DNA of 64,000 nucleotides from Mobula hypostoma (GCF_963921235.1 NC_086107.1:97218001-97282000), one strand, 5' to 3'. Numbered from the stretch's first letter, positions 1 to 13,560 are shown. Translations and numbers: made by a program. The notes: generated from the sequence alone by a model not told the origin.

Positions 1-1608
1 CAGGAGTCATGAAGTGTGTGAAGTTACCATAACTAGATGAGAAGGTTCTTGGGAAAGTGAAAGATCTGAAAATAGATAAGTCACCTGGACCAGATGGTGA
101 ATACCCCAGGATTCTGAATGAGGGGGCTGAAGAGATTCTGGAGGCATTAGTAATGATCTTTCAAGAATCACTAGATTCTGGAATAGTTCTGGAAGACTGG
201 AAATTGGAAATGTCATTCCACTCTTCAAGAAGGGAAATAGGCAGAAGAAAGGAAATTATAGGCCAGTTAGTTGGACCACAGTGGTTGGGAGGATGTTGGA
301 GTCGATTGTTAAGGATGAAGTCTCAGGGTACTTGGAGGCACATGATTAAATAGGCCATAGTCAGTGTGGTTTCCTCAAGAGAAATTCTTGACTGATAAAT
401 CTGTTGGAATTCTTTGAAGAAATAATAATCAGGATAAACAAAGGAGAATCAGTTGATGTTGTGTACTTGGATTTTCAGACGGCCTTTGACAAGGTGCCAC
501 ACATGAGGCTGCTTAACAAGTTGAGAGCCCATGGTATTACAGGAAAGATTCTAGTATGGATGAAGCAGTGGCTGATTGGTGGAAGGCAAAGAGTGGGAAT
601 AAAAGGAGTTTTTTCTGATTGGCTGCCGATTACTCATAGTGTTACACAAGGATCTGTGTTGGGACTGATTCTTTTTATGTTATATGTCAATGATTGGATG
701 ATGGAATTGATGGCTTTGTTGCAGAGTTGCAGATGATATAAAGGTAGGTGAAGGGAAGGTAGTTTTGAGGAAATAGAGAGGCTACAGAAGGACAGACAGA
801 TTAGGAGAATGGGCAAAGAAGTCGCAGATGAAATACAGTGTTGAGTAGTGTATGGTCATGTACTCTGGCAGAAGAAATGAAAGGGTTGACTATTTTCTAA
901 ATGGAGAGAAAATACAAAAAATATGAGATGAAAAGGGACTTGGGAGCCCTTGTGCAGAATTTCCTAAAGGTTAATTTCAGGTTGAGTCTGTGGTGAGGAA
1001 GACAAATGTGATGTTTCATTTCCTGTGGACTAGAATATAAAAGCAAGGATGTAATATTGAGAAGTTATAAAGCACAGGTGTGGGCCCCTTATCTAAGAGA
1101 GGATGTGCTGAAACTGAAGAGTGTTCAAAGGAGGTTTACGAAAATGATTTCAGGATTGAACGGCTTATCATATGAAGAACGTTTGATGGGTCTGGCCCTG
1201 TATTCACTGGAATTGAAAGAGTGAGGGGTGACCTCATTGAAACCTATTGAAAGGTGAAAGGTCTTGACAGAGAGGATGTTTCCTATGGTGGGAGTGTCTA
1301 AGACCAGAGGACTCAGCCTCAAGATAGAGGGGCATCCTTTTAGAATGAAGGTTAGGAGGAATTTCTTTAGCCAAAAGTGGTAAATCTGTTGAATTCACTG
1401 CCATAGGCAGCTGTGGAGGCTAAGTCTTTATGTATACTTAAGACAGAAGTTAATAGATTCTTGATTGGTCAGAGAATGAAGTGTTACGGGGAGAAAGCAG
1501 GAGATTGGGGCTGAGAGGAAAAATGGGTCAGCCATGATAAAATGGTGGAGCAGACTTGATGGGCCAAATGGCCTAATTCTGCTCCCGTATCTTACGGACT
1601 TGTGATCT
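1..1608 (+). mobile_element. CR1 LINE, ORF2 (RT) 3' part plus 3'UTR, degenerate; continues off the left edge
   Basis: ORF fragments KSPGPDG, VDVVYLDFQTAFDKVPH, QGSVLG with frameshifts; CR1-type 3' end. Confidence 0.93.
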
Positions 1609-1634
1609 TTTGGTCTTCCGGTCCTCTGGGCCAC

Positions 1635-1858
1635 TCCGCCCAGCAATCCCCCAATTTAATCCTCGCCCAATCATGGCACAATTTACAATGGTCAGTTAAC
1701 TTACCGACTGGTACGTCTTCAGACTGTGGGAGGAAACAGGAACGCCTGAAGGAAACCTACTTGGTGAATGTACAAACCCCTTACAGGCAGTGGTGGGGAA
1801 TGAACTCGGGTCACCTGAACTGTAAAGCATTGTGGTAACCAGTACTCCACCATGCTGC
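1635..1858 (-). mobile_element. V-domain tRNA-derived SINE
   Basis: Reverse complement of the GTTTCCTCCCACAGTC core and B-box head shared with many copies in the window. Confidence 0.75.
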
Positions 1859-1949
1859 CCTGTTATTAGGCAGGGATGCTCTGGAACAGATGTGGGTAAA
1901 TGGATACAGGACATTATGATCAGCGTAGCAGCGATTATTGGCCTCCCCT

Positions 1950-2285
1950 TTCACTGGAAATGGGTGACATCTCTCTGCCCACTGTTAGTGAGAGAGAGAT
2001 CCTGTGGCATGTTGAACTGTTGGGTAAACAATAGTTTCTGTTGACTGCAGGTCATGATCTCTCTTTGGGGGCTTTGCTGTTGCTTGATGGGTGGTGGGCA
2101 CTGATGGTTTTTTTGCCGAAATGGGTGGGGGGAGGGGAGAGATTGTTGCTTTGCTGCTGCTTGCGTGGGGGACGGGGGAGATGTGGGCTTTGGGGTTCTA
2201 ATGTTCTTTTGTTTCCGGTGCATGCCTGCGAAGACCAGCTATTTCAGGTTGTAAACTGTATATATTCTCTGATAATAAACAGAAC
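1950..2285 (+). mobile_element. 3' part of a non-coding dispersed retroposon (same family as 17770-18490 and 28190-29025)
   Basis: Shares the GAGAGAG..CCTGTGG.ATG and GGGGTTCTAA.GTT blocks with those copies. Confidence 0.65.
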
Positions 2286-3346
2286 AATTTGATGATCCAT
2301 TGACAGCCACAAGGGTTAAATGGCTTCCTCCTTTTCCTTTCTAGGTTTGACTCCAAGTCCTTGGTAAGAAAACTGAATGGCTTTCATTTGCTTGATGTTT
2401 AATGTGGCTGTGTGCTTTTTTGGATACTGCGCTTAATCTAAACTGATTGTCTGCAGCTGTGACAAGCTGTGCGAGCACAGTTTGATGGGAAGGAGCCAGT
2501 TAGATCCATCTCCTGCTCCATTCACCCTCTCTCATCTGCTTTTTCCTTCCAGAGGTTGAAGTGGACCTTCAGACTCGACCTGCCTGTGTCCCGGAGTAAT
2601 GTGTCCGAGAGTTTTCCAGGTTCAGAGAAGCTGGTTTTGACTTTGTCCATCACCACAGCCCTTCAAGGTCTCCAGTCCTCCAAATCAGCTCCCTTGTCTT
2701 CAGTTTCTTCAGCTACACCATGGGTGAAAATGCTTTCGGCTGCCTACGGCTTAACCTCTGCAATTCTCTTCACAAACCCTTCCCCCACTCTCTCCTTTTA
2801 TCGGCTTTGACCACAAATGTAAGAGAAAAAAAAAAACAGATTTTGGCCACTTGACCCCTCAAGCCCACCTTGCCATTCAGTAAGGTCATGGCTCATGTTG
2901 GCTCCAATTTCCTGCATGATCCCCATAACCCTTGATTCCTCCACTGAATAAATATCTATCTCTCAATTATTTCACCTCCACTCTTCCCTCAGGCAGAGAA
3001 GTCAGAAATTCACAGCTTTTTAAGAGAAAAAAATTCTTCCTCATCTCCAAACTATTGGGCAGTCTCTTGTTTTGAATCCGCCCCCCCCCCCCGCAGTTCT
3101 ATATAGCAAGGGAAGCAGGCTCTTTTTTAAAAATTTGTTCACTAGAAGTCAATATTAATAGCAACAGCAGCATTTATTGTCCTTTGCTAATTGCATCTCA
3201 CCTCAGGAGCCAGGTTACAGACAAAATCTGTGTTTCTCATTACTGCTGATACCAGTCTTCTTTAAATAAAGAGGCCATCAGATTTCTAAATGAACAATGA
3301 ACCCATGTGCACTACCTCAATTTGTTTCTCTCTTTTTTCACTACTT

Positions 3347-4230
3347 AGAAATGTAGAAACATAGAAAACCTACAGCACAATACAGGCCCTTCGCCCCACA
3401 AAGCTGTGCTGAATATGTCCTAACCTTAGAAATTAACTAGGGTTACCCATAGCCCTCTATTTTTCTAAGCTTTTCCAGATTTTATCCAGAAGTCTCTTAA
3501 AAGACCCTATCATTTCCGCCTCCACCACTGCCACCAGCAGCCCATCCCACGCACTCACCATTCTCTGTGTAAAATACTTACTCCTGACATCTCCTCTATA
3601 CCTACTTCCGAGCACCCTAAAATTGTGCCCTCTCATGCTAGCCATTTCAGCCCTGGGAAAAAGCCTCTGACTATCCACATGATCAATGCCTCTCGTCATT
3701 TTATACAACTCTATCAGGTCACCTCTCATCTTCCGTCGCTCCAAGGAAAAAAGGCTGAGTTCACTCAACCTATTCTCATAAAGCATGCTCCCCAATCCAG
3801 GCAATATCCTTGTAAATCTCCTCTGCACCCTTTCTATGCTTTCCACATCCTTCCTTAGTGAGGCGACCAGAACTGAGCACAGTACTCCAAGTGGGGTCTG
3901 ACCAGGGTCCTACATAGCTGCAACATCACCTCTCTGCTCCTAAACTCAGTCCCATGATTGATGAAGGCCAATGCACCATATGCCTTCTTAACCATGGAGT
4001 CAACCTGCGCAGCTGCTTTGAGCATCCTATGGACTCAGACCCCAAGATCCCTCTGATCCTCCACACTGCCAAGAGTCTTACTATTAATGCTATATTCTGC
4101 CATCATATCTGACCTACCAAAATGAACCACCTCACACTTATCTGGGTTGAACTCTATCTGCCACTTCTCAGCCCAGTTTTGCATCCTATCAATGTAACCT
4201 CTGACAGAACTCTAGACTGTCCACAACTTA
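3347..4230 (-). mobile_element. CR1 LINE 3' fragment
   Basis: ORF 3457-3846 IERVQRRFTRILPG...RGDLIELYK...FTQRMV; short tandem tail near 3347-3368. Confidence 0.92.
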
Positions 4231-4299
4231 TTCAATTTAATTTTAAAAATACATTTCTTATTGAAATTTATCATTTTTTATTATTATGTATTGCAATGT

Positions 4300-4452
4300 A
4301 GATTGCTGATTGGTAAGGGCATGAAGGGATATGGGGAGAAGGCAGGAGATCGGGGCTGAGAGGAAAATTGGATCAGCCATGATGAAATCACGGAGCAGAC
4401 TTTATGAGCCAAATGACCTAATTTTGCTCCTATGTCTTGTAGTACTTATGGT
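4300..4452 (+). mobile_element. CR1 3'UTR fragment inserted in a Rex1-type tail
   Basis: Matches the 3'UTR at 1460-1605. Confidence 0.8.
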
Positions 4453-4719
4453 AATGTACTGCTGCCACAAAACAATAAATTTCACAACATATGCCAGTGA
4501 TATTAAACCTGATTCCATGTTTATTCAATAAATCAAATTTAACTTCCACAGCTACAATGATGGACTTCAAACTTGTGTCTCCAGGTCAGTACTCCAGAAC
4601 TCTGTTTAACGGTCTAATAAATTGTGGGGAAGGGCTGATCATCCAGAGAACTAAGTTCCAATCTAACTTCAACAGTCTGGAATTCACATTCAGTAATGGA
4701 ATTCATTTCCAGTAATGCT

Positions 4720-5200
4720 CACTGGCTGTGGGGCAAGAAAAGCACAACAGCGTCTCTTCCACCTCAGGCGACTGAAGAAGTTCGACATGACCTTCTACAG
4801 GGGCACCATTGAGAGCATCCTGACTGGCTGTGTCACTGCCTGGTATGGGAACTGCACCAACCTTGATTGCTGGGCACTGCAGAGAGTGGTACGGACAAAC
4901 CAGCGCATCTGTGGATGTGAACCTTTGCAGACATTTACAGCAGCAGGTGTGTAAAGAAGGGCTGGAAGATCATCGGGGACACCGGTCACCCCAACCATAA
5001 ACCCCTTCAGCAGCTTCCATCTGGCCAATGGTACCACAGCATTAAAGCCAGGACCAATGGGCAATGGACAGCTTCTTTCTACAAGCCATTAGACTTTTAA
5101 ATTCACATGTCTTTACATTATGACGGAGTCATAATGCAAAGATTTTTACTTCCTCATGTTGTGGGATGGATGTAAGATGTAAGTAAATTCTCAACTCAAT
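4720..5200 (+). mobile_element. Rex1/Babar-type LINE 3' fragment
   Basis: KAQQRLFHLRRLKKF...FYRGTIESILTGCVTAWYG, the post-RT C-terminal motif of Rex1. Confidence 0.85.
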
Positions 5201-5334
5201 AAATCCCTCAAGGTGTAGATTTAAGGGGACAGGTAAAAGATTTAAAGGGGTCCTGAGGGGCAACTTCTTTATGCAGAGGGTGATGTGTATATTGAGTGAG
5301 CTCCCAGAAAGAGAGCTTGTGGCACACATCGGTC

Positions 5335-5947
5335 CTCATTAAGAAGTCAACAGAGGAGAAGGTGAGCAGCTTCAAGTTTCTAGGCATCCACATCTTTGAG
5401 GATCTATCTTAGGTCCAACACATTAATGTCATTGCAAAGCAAGCACACCAGCGGCTCTGCTTCATTAGGGTTTGAGAAGATTTAGTATGTCACTAACAAC
5501 TCCTGCAGATTTCTGCAGATGTACTGTGGGGAGGATTTGGACTGGTTATATCACTGCCTAATATGAAGCCTCCAAAGCACAGGATTGCAGGAGGCCGCAG
5601 AGGGCTGCAGACTCAGCCAGTTCCATCACAGGCGCAACGCTCCCCACCATTGAGGACGTCTTCAAGGGACAGTGCCTCAAGAAACGGGCATCCATTATTA
5701 GGGACTCTCAACATCTGGGACATGCCCTCTTTGCGTCAGGGAGGAGGTACAGGAGACTGAAGACCCACACTCAACAGTTCAGGAACAGCTTCTTTCCCTC
5801 AGCCATGGTTTGTCTGAACAGTGCATCAACTCATGAATATTCATCATTTGTAGCATATAGTAATGTTAATGTCTTGCATTGTACTGCTGCTAGAGTACAG
5901 CAAATTTCACTGTGTAAGCCAGTGATAGTCAATCCGGTTCTGATTCA
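5335..5947 (+). mobile_element. Rex1/Babar-type LINE 3' fragment, degenerate
   Basis: SSFKFLGIHI.EDL motif at DNA level and a (TTCTGA)n-type tail. Confidence 0.75.
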
Positions 5948-6074
5948 GATGGACAATAGCAATGTTTAACAGACATTTGGACATGTATATAGATAGAAAA
6001 GGGTTAGAGCACCTTAGGCCAAATGCAAGCAAGTGGGACTAATATCTTGGCCACCATGGACGACTTGGGCCAAT

Positions 6075-6310
6075 GAATTTGAATTTATTTAAATCTTATA
6101 TCCGTTCCACAACCTGAGGGAGTAAAATTCTTTGTTACGACTCTGTCACAATGTACGGACATGTGAATTTATGAGTCTAATGACTCATGGAAAGAAGCTG
6201 TCCTGTAGCCTGTAGGTCCTGGCTCTTATGCTGCTGTACAGTTTGCTAGACGGTAGCAGCTGGAACAGTTTATAGTTGGGGTGACTGGTGACCCGATGAT
6301 CTTTTGAACC
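6075..6310 (-). mobile_element. Rex1-type LINE 3' end
   Basis: HPNYKLFQLLPS...RART.RLQDSFFP; 3'UTR matches 5100-5200. Confidence 0.75.
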
Positions 6311-6369
6311 TGTCTCCATACTGTATGAATCCAAATAATCAGATATTATTGTAAAAAAAAACCTGTGAC

Positions 6370-6449
6370 CAGGGGTTCCCAACCTTTTTTATGCCATGGA
6401 TCAATACTATTAAGTAAGGGGTCTGTGGACCCCAGATTGGGAACTCCTG
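6370..6449. mobile_element. 80-bp hAT (Charlie-like) MITE
   Basis: TIRs CAGGGGTTCCCAA / TTGGGAACTCCTG; second copy at 16043-16122. Confidence 0.75.
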
Positions 6450-7154
6450 CCCTAAATTATCCCAAGTGTGACTTCAAACGCACCAATGTAGTTAACTCTT
6501 AAATGCACTATGAGATGGCAAATGTCCTTAGGAAGGGTGTAATATTCCCAGGGAGAAAACAATGTACTCTTCCTCAAACTGGGATTAGTTTGATTGTCGT
6601 TATCAGCACAAACTTGGTGGGCTGAAGAGCTTGGTCCTGCACTGTATGTTCTTTTACACTGGGTTTCAATCGTACAATGCAGGAGATCACAGACAGAGAG
6701 GTCCTGGTGAGATGCACCAGTGAAGTCACAGGTAACCAGAATCCTGGAGGAAGGACACTGAGACCTGGTGCTCCACAAGGTGACCGTCATAATCAGGAAT
6801 TGGTTTCTCCGCTATAGAGGAGACTATATTGAGAACTCAGAATGAGGTATACCAGACTGTAAGATGTGGAACTGAAAGAACTGTTTGAGAGTCTATCATC
6901 GGAAGGGAAGAGTAGAAGAGTAGTATTGCATCTCCTGTGGTTGCCCAGGAAAGGCCCGTGAGAAAGGGAGTACCAGGGTAAATGGAGGAGCAGGCCAGGA
7001 AGTTGGGAAGGGAACAGTCACCTGGAATGTTGGAAAAGGAGAGGAGAGGAAGGGGAATCCAGATTAAAGTAAAGAAAATTGCAATGGGTGATCCATTGAA
7101 CTTGGAGGCGATTGGGATGGAAAGCAAGGGCCGGAGGAGCTCTCGTCCAGTTCT

Positions 7155-7355
7155 CAGTACAGTGGTACAGCTGGTAGAGACTCTGGCTCACAGCTCCGGG
7201 TCTCCTGGTTCCATTCTGACCTCAGATCCTCTCTGTGTGGAGTTTCTCTGTAACTCCACCTGCTGCTCTGGTTTCCTCCCCCAGCTCAAAGACGTGTCGG
7301 TAATGTGTATTTTGGCCACTGTAAATTACCCCTGGTGTGTAGGTGAGTAGTAAGA
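7155..7355 (+). mobile_element. V-domain SINE
   Basis: tRNA-like head, TGTGTGGAGTTT...GGTTTCCTCCC..CAAAGACGTG core. Confidence 0.75.
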
Positions 7356-7374
7356 TCAGTGGGAAGTTGATAGA

Positions 7375-8175
7375 ATTACAGAGGAATGCAGTGTGGATAG
7401 AACCCCTTCCATGTGTCAGTCGATGCTGACCGTGGTGCCCAACCGGCTGGACCCCACATCCTGTGTCTGGCTCGTATCCCTGTAAACCCCTCCCCTCCAG
7501 GTACAGTACTTCTTCTTCAGAGACTACTGCCCCTGCCTCAACCAGTTCATCAAGTAGCTCGTTCCATGTACTCACCACCTTCTGCTTGAAAATGTTGCCC
7601 CTTAGATCCCTCCCCGCCACCGTTACCCCACTGGTTTGGACACCCTACCATCCACGGTTCTACTATGCTTCTCAGAATGTTAAGTATTTCCACAACGTCA
7701 CCTCTCATTTCAATGAGCCTTAGCCAACCTCTCCCTATAACTTAGGTCCCCTAGGCTGGCCACATCCCTGTAAATCTTTTCTGCACTCTTTCCTGTTTAA
7801 CCACATCTTATCTATCACAGGGTGACAAATCTATAGAGGGTACTCTAGGTGTGGCCTCACCAATGACTTACGATAATGACACCCCATGACTGCAACATAA
7901 GGTCTCAACTTGTGTACTAAGTACCCTCCCTGACTGATGAAGACCAGCATGCTAAACGTCCCTTTTTCACCATACGGTCTGTCTGTGATGCCACTTTCAA
8001 CAAACTGTGCACTCATGCTCTGTTCCATTTCACTCTCTAGTGCCCTGCCATTCATATTCTAAATCCTATATTAGTTTGACTTTTCAAAATGCATTATTTC
8101 ACACTTATCAGTATTGAAATCAGTTTGCCACTTCTCGACCCACTTCCCCAAATGATTAAGATCACCCTGTAATAT
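7375..8175 (-). mobile_element. CR1 LINE fragment, old
   Basis: LRGNIFKQKVVSTWNEL and LVRPHLEY motifs. Confidence 0.8.
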
Positions 8176-8364
8176 ACCTTGCTTGCTCCCTACCACACTT
8201 CCTACTGATGAAAATGTGGGGAGAATTTTAAAAAAATTAATTCAAGTTCAGGCTTATTGTCATCTAACTGTACATGTATACAACCAAACGAAACAATGTT
8301 CCTCCAGACCATGGCACACCCCCTAAAACATACAGTGCATAAAACAAAATATGACCACATATCA

Positions 8365-8677
8365 TCATTCAGGACCCCCATCATCTCATCGTTACCATCA
8401 GGAAGGAGGTACAGGAGCCTGAAGGCACACACTCAGTGATTTAGGAACAGCTTCTTCCCCTCTGCCATCCGATTCCTAAATGGACATTGAACCCATGAAC
8501 ATTACCTCACTACTTTTTACTATTTCTGTTTTTGCACTATTTTTAATTTAACTATTATATATATATATTTACTGTAATTCATTTATTTATACTTATCTAT
8601 ATTTATCATTGAACTACTGCTGCTAAGTTAATAGATTTCACGACAGATACCAATGATATTGAACCTGATTCTGATTC
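8365..8677 (+). mobile_element. Rex1-type 3' end
   Basis: LPSGRRYRSLKAHTQ plus AT-rich 3'UTR ending in CCTGATTCTGATTC. Confidence 0.8.
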
Positions 8678-9489
8678 AAATCATTTAATAAAATATAAAA
8701 TGTAATTCAAAGTGTACGTAGTGCACAGCACGGGTAAATAGAGAACAGTAAATGGGATAGAATGGACTCGGTGCATCGAAGGGATCGCTTCTATAACTTG
8801 GCGACTCTGACTTTCATTCCCATAAATTGGGCTTTACGAAACTGCCTCCTTGTGACTTTAAGAGAGAGCACGTTCTAATCTCTGCCCATGATGTGGCACT
8901 GACAGAAAGGAGCTGTGTTATCCAGTGAGCCAAGAGCTGAACCAGGTCTGCTGGAACTGCGTGACAGACCCATTCAGCACCTGCTAATGGAAAAGATGCA
9001 CTAGTTTCAAATCTCAAAGGCTGTTCATCAATGTCCCGCAAATCCGGCAACTGGGTCCCTGTCCTCATTTCCCGAGTAGCTCAGCCACCGTTCCTCCTGC
9101 CACCTTCTCCTGTCTTTACACTACTTAACTCTCAGGGCAGGCGCCAGGGGATGTGTGTCAGGCCCAAGAAGCCGCTTAATCTTCACTGGAACGTTGCTGC
9201 TAAGCAGCATGGCAGGAAGCTGTCTCAGAGGGAAGGGGCTTCAGTCAGTATGTGGCGGCAGATGACAGCCCAAAACAGGGGGGAAAGGGGTTGCCCCTAA
9301 ATGTGACTACAAACCCACCAATGTGGTTAACTCTGAAATGCTTGGTGGCTGCATACCTCTCCTGGGCACTGGAAAGTGCACTGCCCTCACTTAAAGGGAT
9401 CTTGCCCCCTTAAAGGAGAAGTGCACTGTTACTGCAGGAGAAGGGTGGGCTTGAGACACTGCAGTGCTTCAGCACCCCACGCACCCAAG

Positions 9490-11033
9490 TATGTCGCCAT
9501 GCTCGCAGGTTGATCAGCATCTGCGACCAGTTTGAGTCGACATCTGGGGCCAGAGTTAACCGTGCAGACGTTGAGGCCACGTTCTTTGGCAACTGGCCCC
9601 ACTGATTCAGTGACGCCCTTCACGATCAGGTCTGACTATATGAAGGTGTTGGGGATCTGGCTCGGAGGGGCCGAGGCGCGCAGCAAGAGTTTGCAGGAGC
9701 GGACTAGGAAGGCAAAACAAAATTTGAGATCTGTGGAAATGATCTTCTCCGTCAATAACTGGGAAGGACTTGGTCATCTGGTGTGAGGTATGAGGCGTAG
9801 GTGGGGCCGGTTCCTCCCTCCTCTGCCTCGGTAATAACCTGGGTCATTTTCCAGTTCCTCAGGATGGAACAGATCCAGTGAATCATGATGCATAAATCCT
9901 CTGAAAATGGGGGCAAATGTGTATCCAATGTTGCCCTCATCCTGATACCCACTTTAGCATGTGGCTGCATCAGAATACGTGTGGAATCAAAGTATGTGGG
10001 CACCAAGTACCACAACCTACTGAGATTCTTCCAGTCCCTGGTGTTGTGAAGGATGGGTCTGACCCCTTTGCCCCACAATGTCCACAATGTCCCATTCAAC
10101 TGGACACTGCAACACTACGTGTTCATGGCAAAAACGCTCTTCCAGACCAAAACCTTTGACCACAGGTCCATCAGGCAGTGGTCAGCATGGAACATCCTGC
10201 AGGTTCTGCAGGAGAAGGACTTGATGGGTGTTTCCTCAGCAGACTTTCCAAACAAAACATCTGTCAGCACCAGATCTCACCAAGACCTCATTTGGCTGGT
10301 GATGAGAGGGGCCCTCCCAATCAGGTCCTTCCTGTACAGAGGATTCATCACGCTCGATGCATGCTGCCTTCGGGATGGTGGCAGTGAGGAAGAGATAGTC
10401 AATCATACCTTTGTATTGGCAAAGATGGTACTGAGCTGGTCTCGGGGGTTGGTGTCCCAGTTCATCTCCAACAGCTGTGCAACAGAGGACTCTCTGATCT
10501 ATGGGTTTTTCCACAGATAAACACAGAGACAGGCATCAAGTGCTGCTGGAAGATCCCCAGCTCAGTGAAAGATGCTTTTGTCTGCCCGAAACCCGTTGGC
10601 CCGCCAACACATTGAGATGTCCGCAGAGGAGTTCTGCTGACTGGCACATTTGAGTACGTGCTGAGGGATGCACTGAAGCTCGGTGCAGATACCACAGTCC
10701 AGGCTCCTTGCATTACTGCACGAGGAGAGGCAGAGAAACCCATCGCGCATTGAACAGGGCATGTCACCCCAGGAAGTCGCATGAATAGCATGGTGCTATG
10801 TCTGTTTTTCTTTAAAATAAAAGCTTGTACTATTGAACATAGTGGCGATGAATGTAAAAGTTTGCTGTTTCTTCTGTTATATATTTTATTATGAGTAGGA
10901 ATCAGAATCAGGTTTAATATCACTGGCATATGTCATGAAATTTGTTGTTTTGTAGCAGCAGTACAACACGATACAGAATAAAAAACTATGTATTACAGTT
11001 ATATAATTATATATACAGTTAGATATAGGATAC

Positions 11034-11073
<40 letters not shown>

Positions 11074-11192
11074 CTAAAGCAGCAAAAATGATAGGGAATA
11101 TACATGGGTTCACTATCCCTTCAGAAATCTGACATTAGAGGGGAAGAAACTGTTCCTAAAACAAACTGAATAAAGTTTATTTTAGAAAAAAG
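9490..11192 (+). mobile_element. L1/Tx1-clade LINE ORF2 C-terminal remnant with 3'UTR; a Rex1 tail is nested at about 10899-11165
   Basis: FESTSGARVN, DYMKVLGIW and the zinc-knuckle-like HQDLIWLVMRGALPIRSFLY...C...EEEIVNH; ends in AATAAAGTTTATTTTAGAAAAAA at 11168-11191. Confidence 0.75.
10899..11165 (-). mobile_element. Rex1-type 3'UTR containing an (AT)n microsatellite at 11036-11068
   Basis: GAATCAGAATCAGGTTTAATATCACTGGC tail, identical in type to other copies. Confidence 0.75.
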
Positions 11193-11654
11193 AACTAGCC
11201 ATCTGCCAAGGGAGGTTTCTAACATTGATGTAGCTCCCACAGTAGGCCTATCCTGGCCACTGGTCAGAACCGTCAGGGATGAATGAAGGGAATCGCCCTG
11301 ATCAGCACTCAGTAACTGTGGTCAGGGCTCATGCCTGGCACACAGATGGGGCAGGGTGCTGGCATGGGCAGGTGCCAGGAATCCAGGCTTGGACCAGTGG
11401 TTGGAAACAGCCAGGCTCTTTTTTCTGTAAACAATCTAGTTCAGCATGGCAAGAGATCAAGGTCGATGCCACCTTTCCCTATCTGAAGGCCAAGGGCACA
11501 CACACGAGACTGGGTTGGAAGAAATAAGTCGAGAAATTTCTCTCCCCCACCCACCTACTCCTGGGCAATTAAGGTTGGTCTAGCAAATCTCCTTGGCTCT
11601 GAAGCACCTTCTTTGGAGAGCCGGCCATCCAGTATATGCTTAGCTATGCAGTGA

Positions 11655-12300
11655 AATCTCATGTGGATAGGGTGGCCTTTATTAATCAGAGCATTGAGTA
11701 TAGGAGTTGAGATGTAATGTTGAAATTGTATAGGGCACTGGTAAGGCCAAATTTGGAGTATTGTGTACAGTTCTGGTCACTGAATTATAGGAAAGATGTT
11801 AATAAAATTGAGAGAGTACAGAGGAGGTTTACTAAAATGTTGCCTGGGTTTCATCTCCTAAGTTACAGAGAAAGGTTGAACAAGTTAGGTCTTTATTCTT
11901 TGGAGGTTGAGGGGAGACTTGAAAGAGGTGTTTAAAATTATGAAGGGGATTGATAGAGTTGATGTGGATAGGCTTTTTCCATTGAGAGTGGGGACAATTC
12001 AAACAAGAGGACATGAGTTAAGAGTTAAAGGACAAAAGTTTAGGGGTAACATGAGGGGGAACTTCTTTACTCAGAGAGTGGTAGCTGTGTGGAACGAGCT
12101 TCCAGCAGAAGTGGTTGAGGCAGGTTCAATGTTGTCATTTAAAGTTAAATTGGATAGATATATGGACAGGAAAGGAATGGAGGGTTATGGACTGAGTGCA
12201 GGTAGGTGGGACTAAGGCAGAGTAAGAGTTTGGCATGGACTAGAAGGGCCGAGATGGCCTGTTTCCGTGCTGTAATTGTTATGTGGTTATATGTTATATG
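11655..12300 (+). mobile_element. CR1 LINE 3' fragment
   Basis: LYRALVRPNLEYCVQFWS...RGDLKEVFKIMKG...FFTQRVV; (GTTATAT)n tail. Confidence 0.93.
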
Positions 12301-13309
12301 AAATGGCAGCTGTCCACCGGGAAGCAGTGAGTTCCTCAGAGGCACTGGGAGTCAAATTCCACTTTTACAATTTAATGTTCTGATTCCTGGGCTCCTAAAC
12401 CCATTCATTTAGACCAGCTGTCACCTCTTCCCCCTTTCCTTTGTCCTTGATTTGGTATCATGCACCTCTGGTCTGTCCCCTTCTGCTCATTCAGACACAT
12501 AAAATTAGGAAGGGAATGGTAGCAGACTGCTTGACCACGCGAGGCATCATAAAAAGTTCTGATCTTCTCTGCTGGCACTTCAGCTGATGTGCTGACTTTC
12601 TTTGTGATACTCTACTTAATAATCAGTGATGGCTGAATGACTTTGTATCACTGCCTTACCTGAGGGGATTCTGGCAGTCATTAAGCCATGCCAACCATTA
12701 GCTTCAGCCACAACTGGGACCTCAGAAGCTTGAATCTCATTTGACATCTCCCCTGCCCACAATATTACGGGCAGGGAGAGGATAAGTTACTTAAAAATGC
12801 ACTCATTTTTCAGACAATCTCGAGCAGAGATGACAGACTGCCAGATGAAGAAGGATTACTGTGTTCTTTGTGTCATGTTGTGGCTGGAATTACAGATTTA
12901 TTCATTCAACAACGCAGCAGAAAACAATTTGTTTCCAAGCAAACTCATAAACTTTATGAAGCTGGTTTTTAAAATGTTTATATCCATCGTATATCAAACC
13001 TTGCAGCCGTATGTAGATACTTTCTACAAGGCTTTGGTTTGCAAAGATCTTTGAAGTATTTTTGCTGCAAGATTCTCTTTACAAATCCCTCTGTCCTAAC
13101 AGGATCTGGCTCAGAAAACTGCACTCACTGTAATTATGCCTTTCATCCAAAACACTTCCTTTAATGCATTTGTTCACAGGATACGGATGTTATCCAACGC
13201 CAACAGTCATTGTCCATTGCTAATTGGCCCTGCACTGAGGAGGCAATTACGAGTCAACCACAGTAGTGGGTCTGGACTCACATTTAGGTCAATGAGACAT
13301 GGTGGGAAT

Positions 13310-13560
13310 TGTGGCAAAGGTATCAGCACTTCCACATTATTGCTCTGTGGACCTGGATTAATCCCGGCCTCCGGAGACTACACACTCTCCCTGTGACTGT
13401 GGGCTTCCTCTGGGTGCTCCAGTTCCTGCCCTCGTTCCAAAAACGATGTCGATCGATTAATTGCCTCCAGTGAATTACCCCTAGGAGAGGTAAGTAGCAA
13501 AAGAACCAAAAGGGAATTGACAGCAATGCGAGAGGGTTAAAGGGACAAGGGAGTGGTCTG
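13310..13560 (+). mobile_element. V-domain SINE, degenerate
   Basis: TCCCTGTGACTGTGGGCTTCCTCTGGGTGCTCCAGTT core. Confidence 0.65.
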
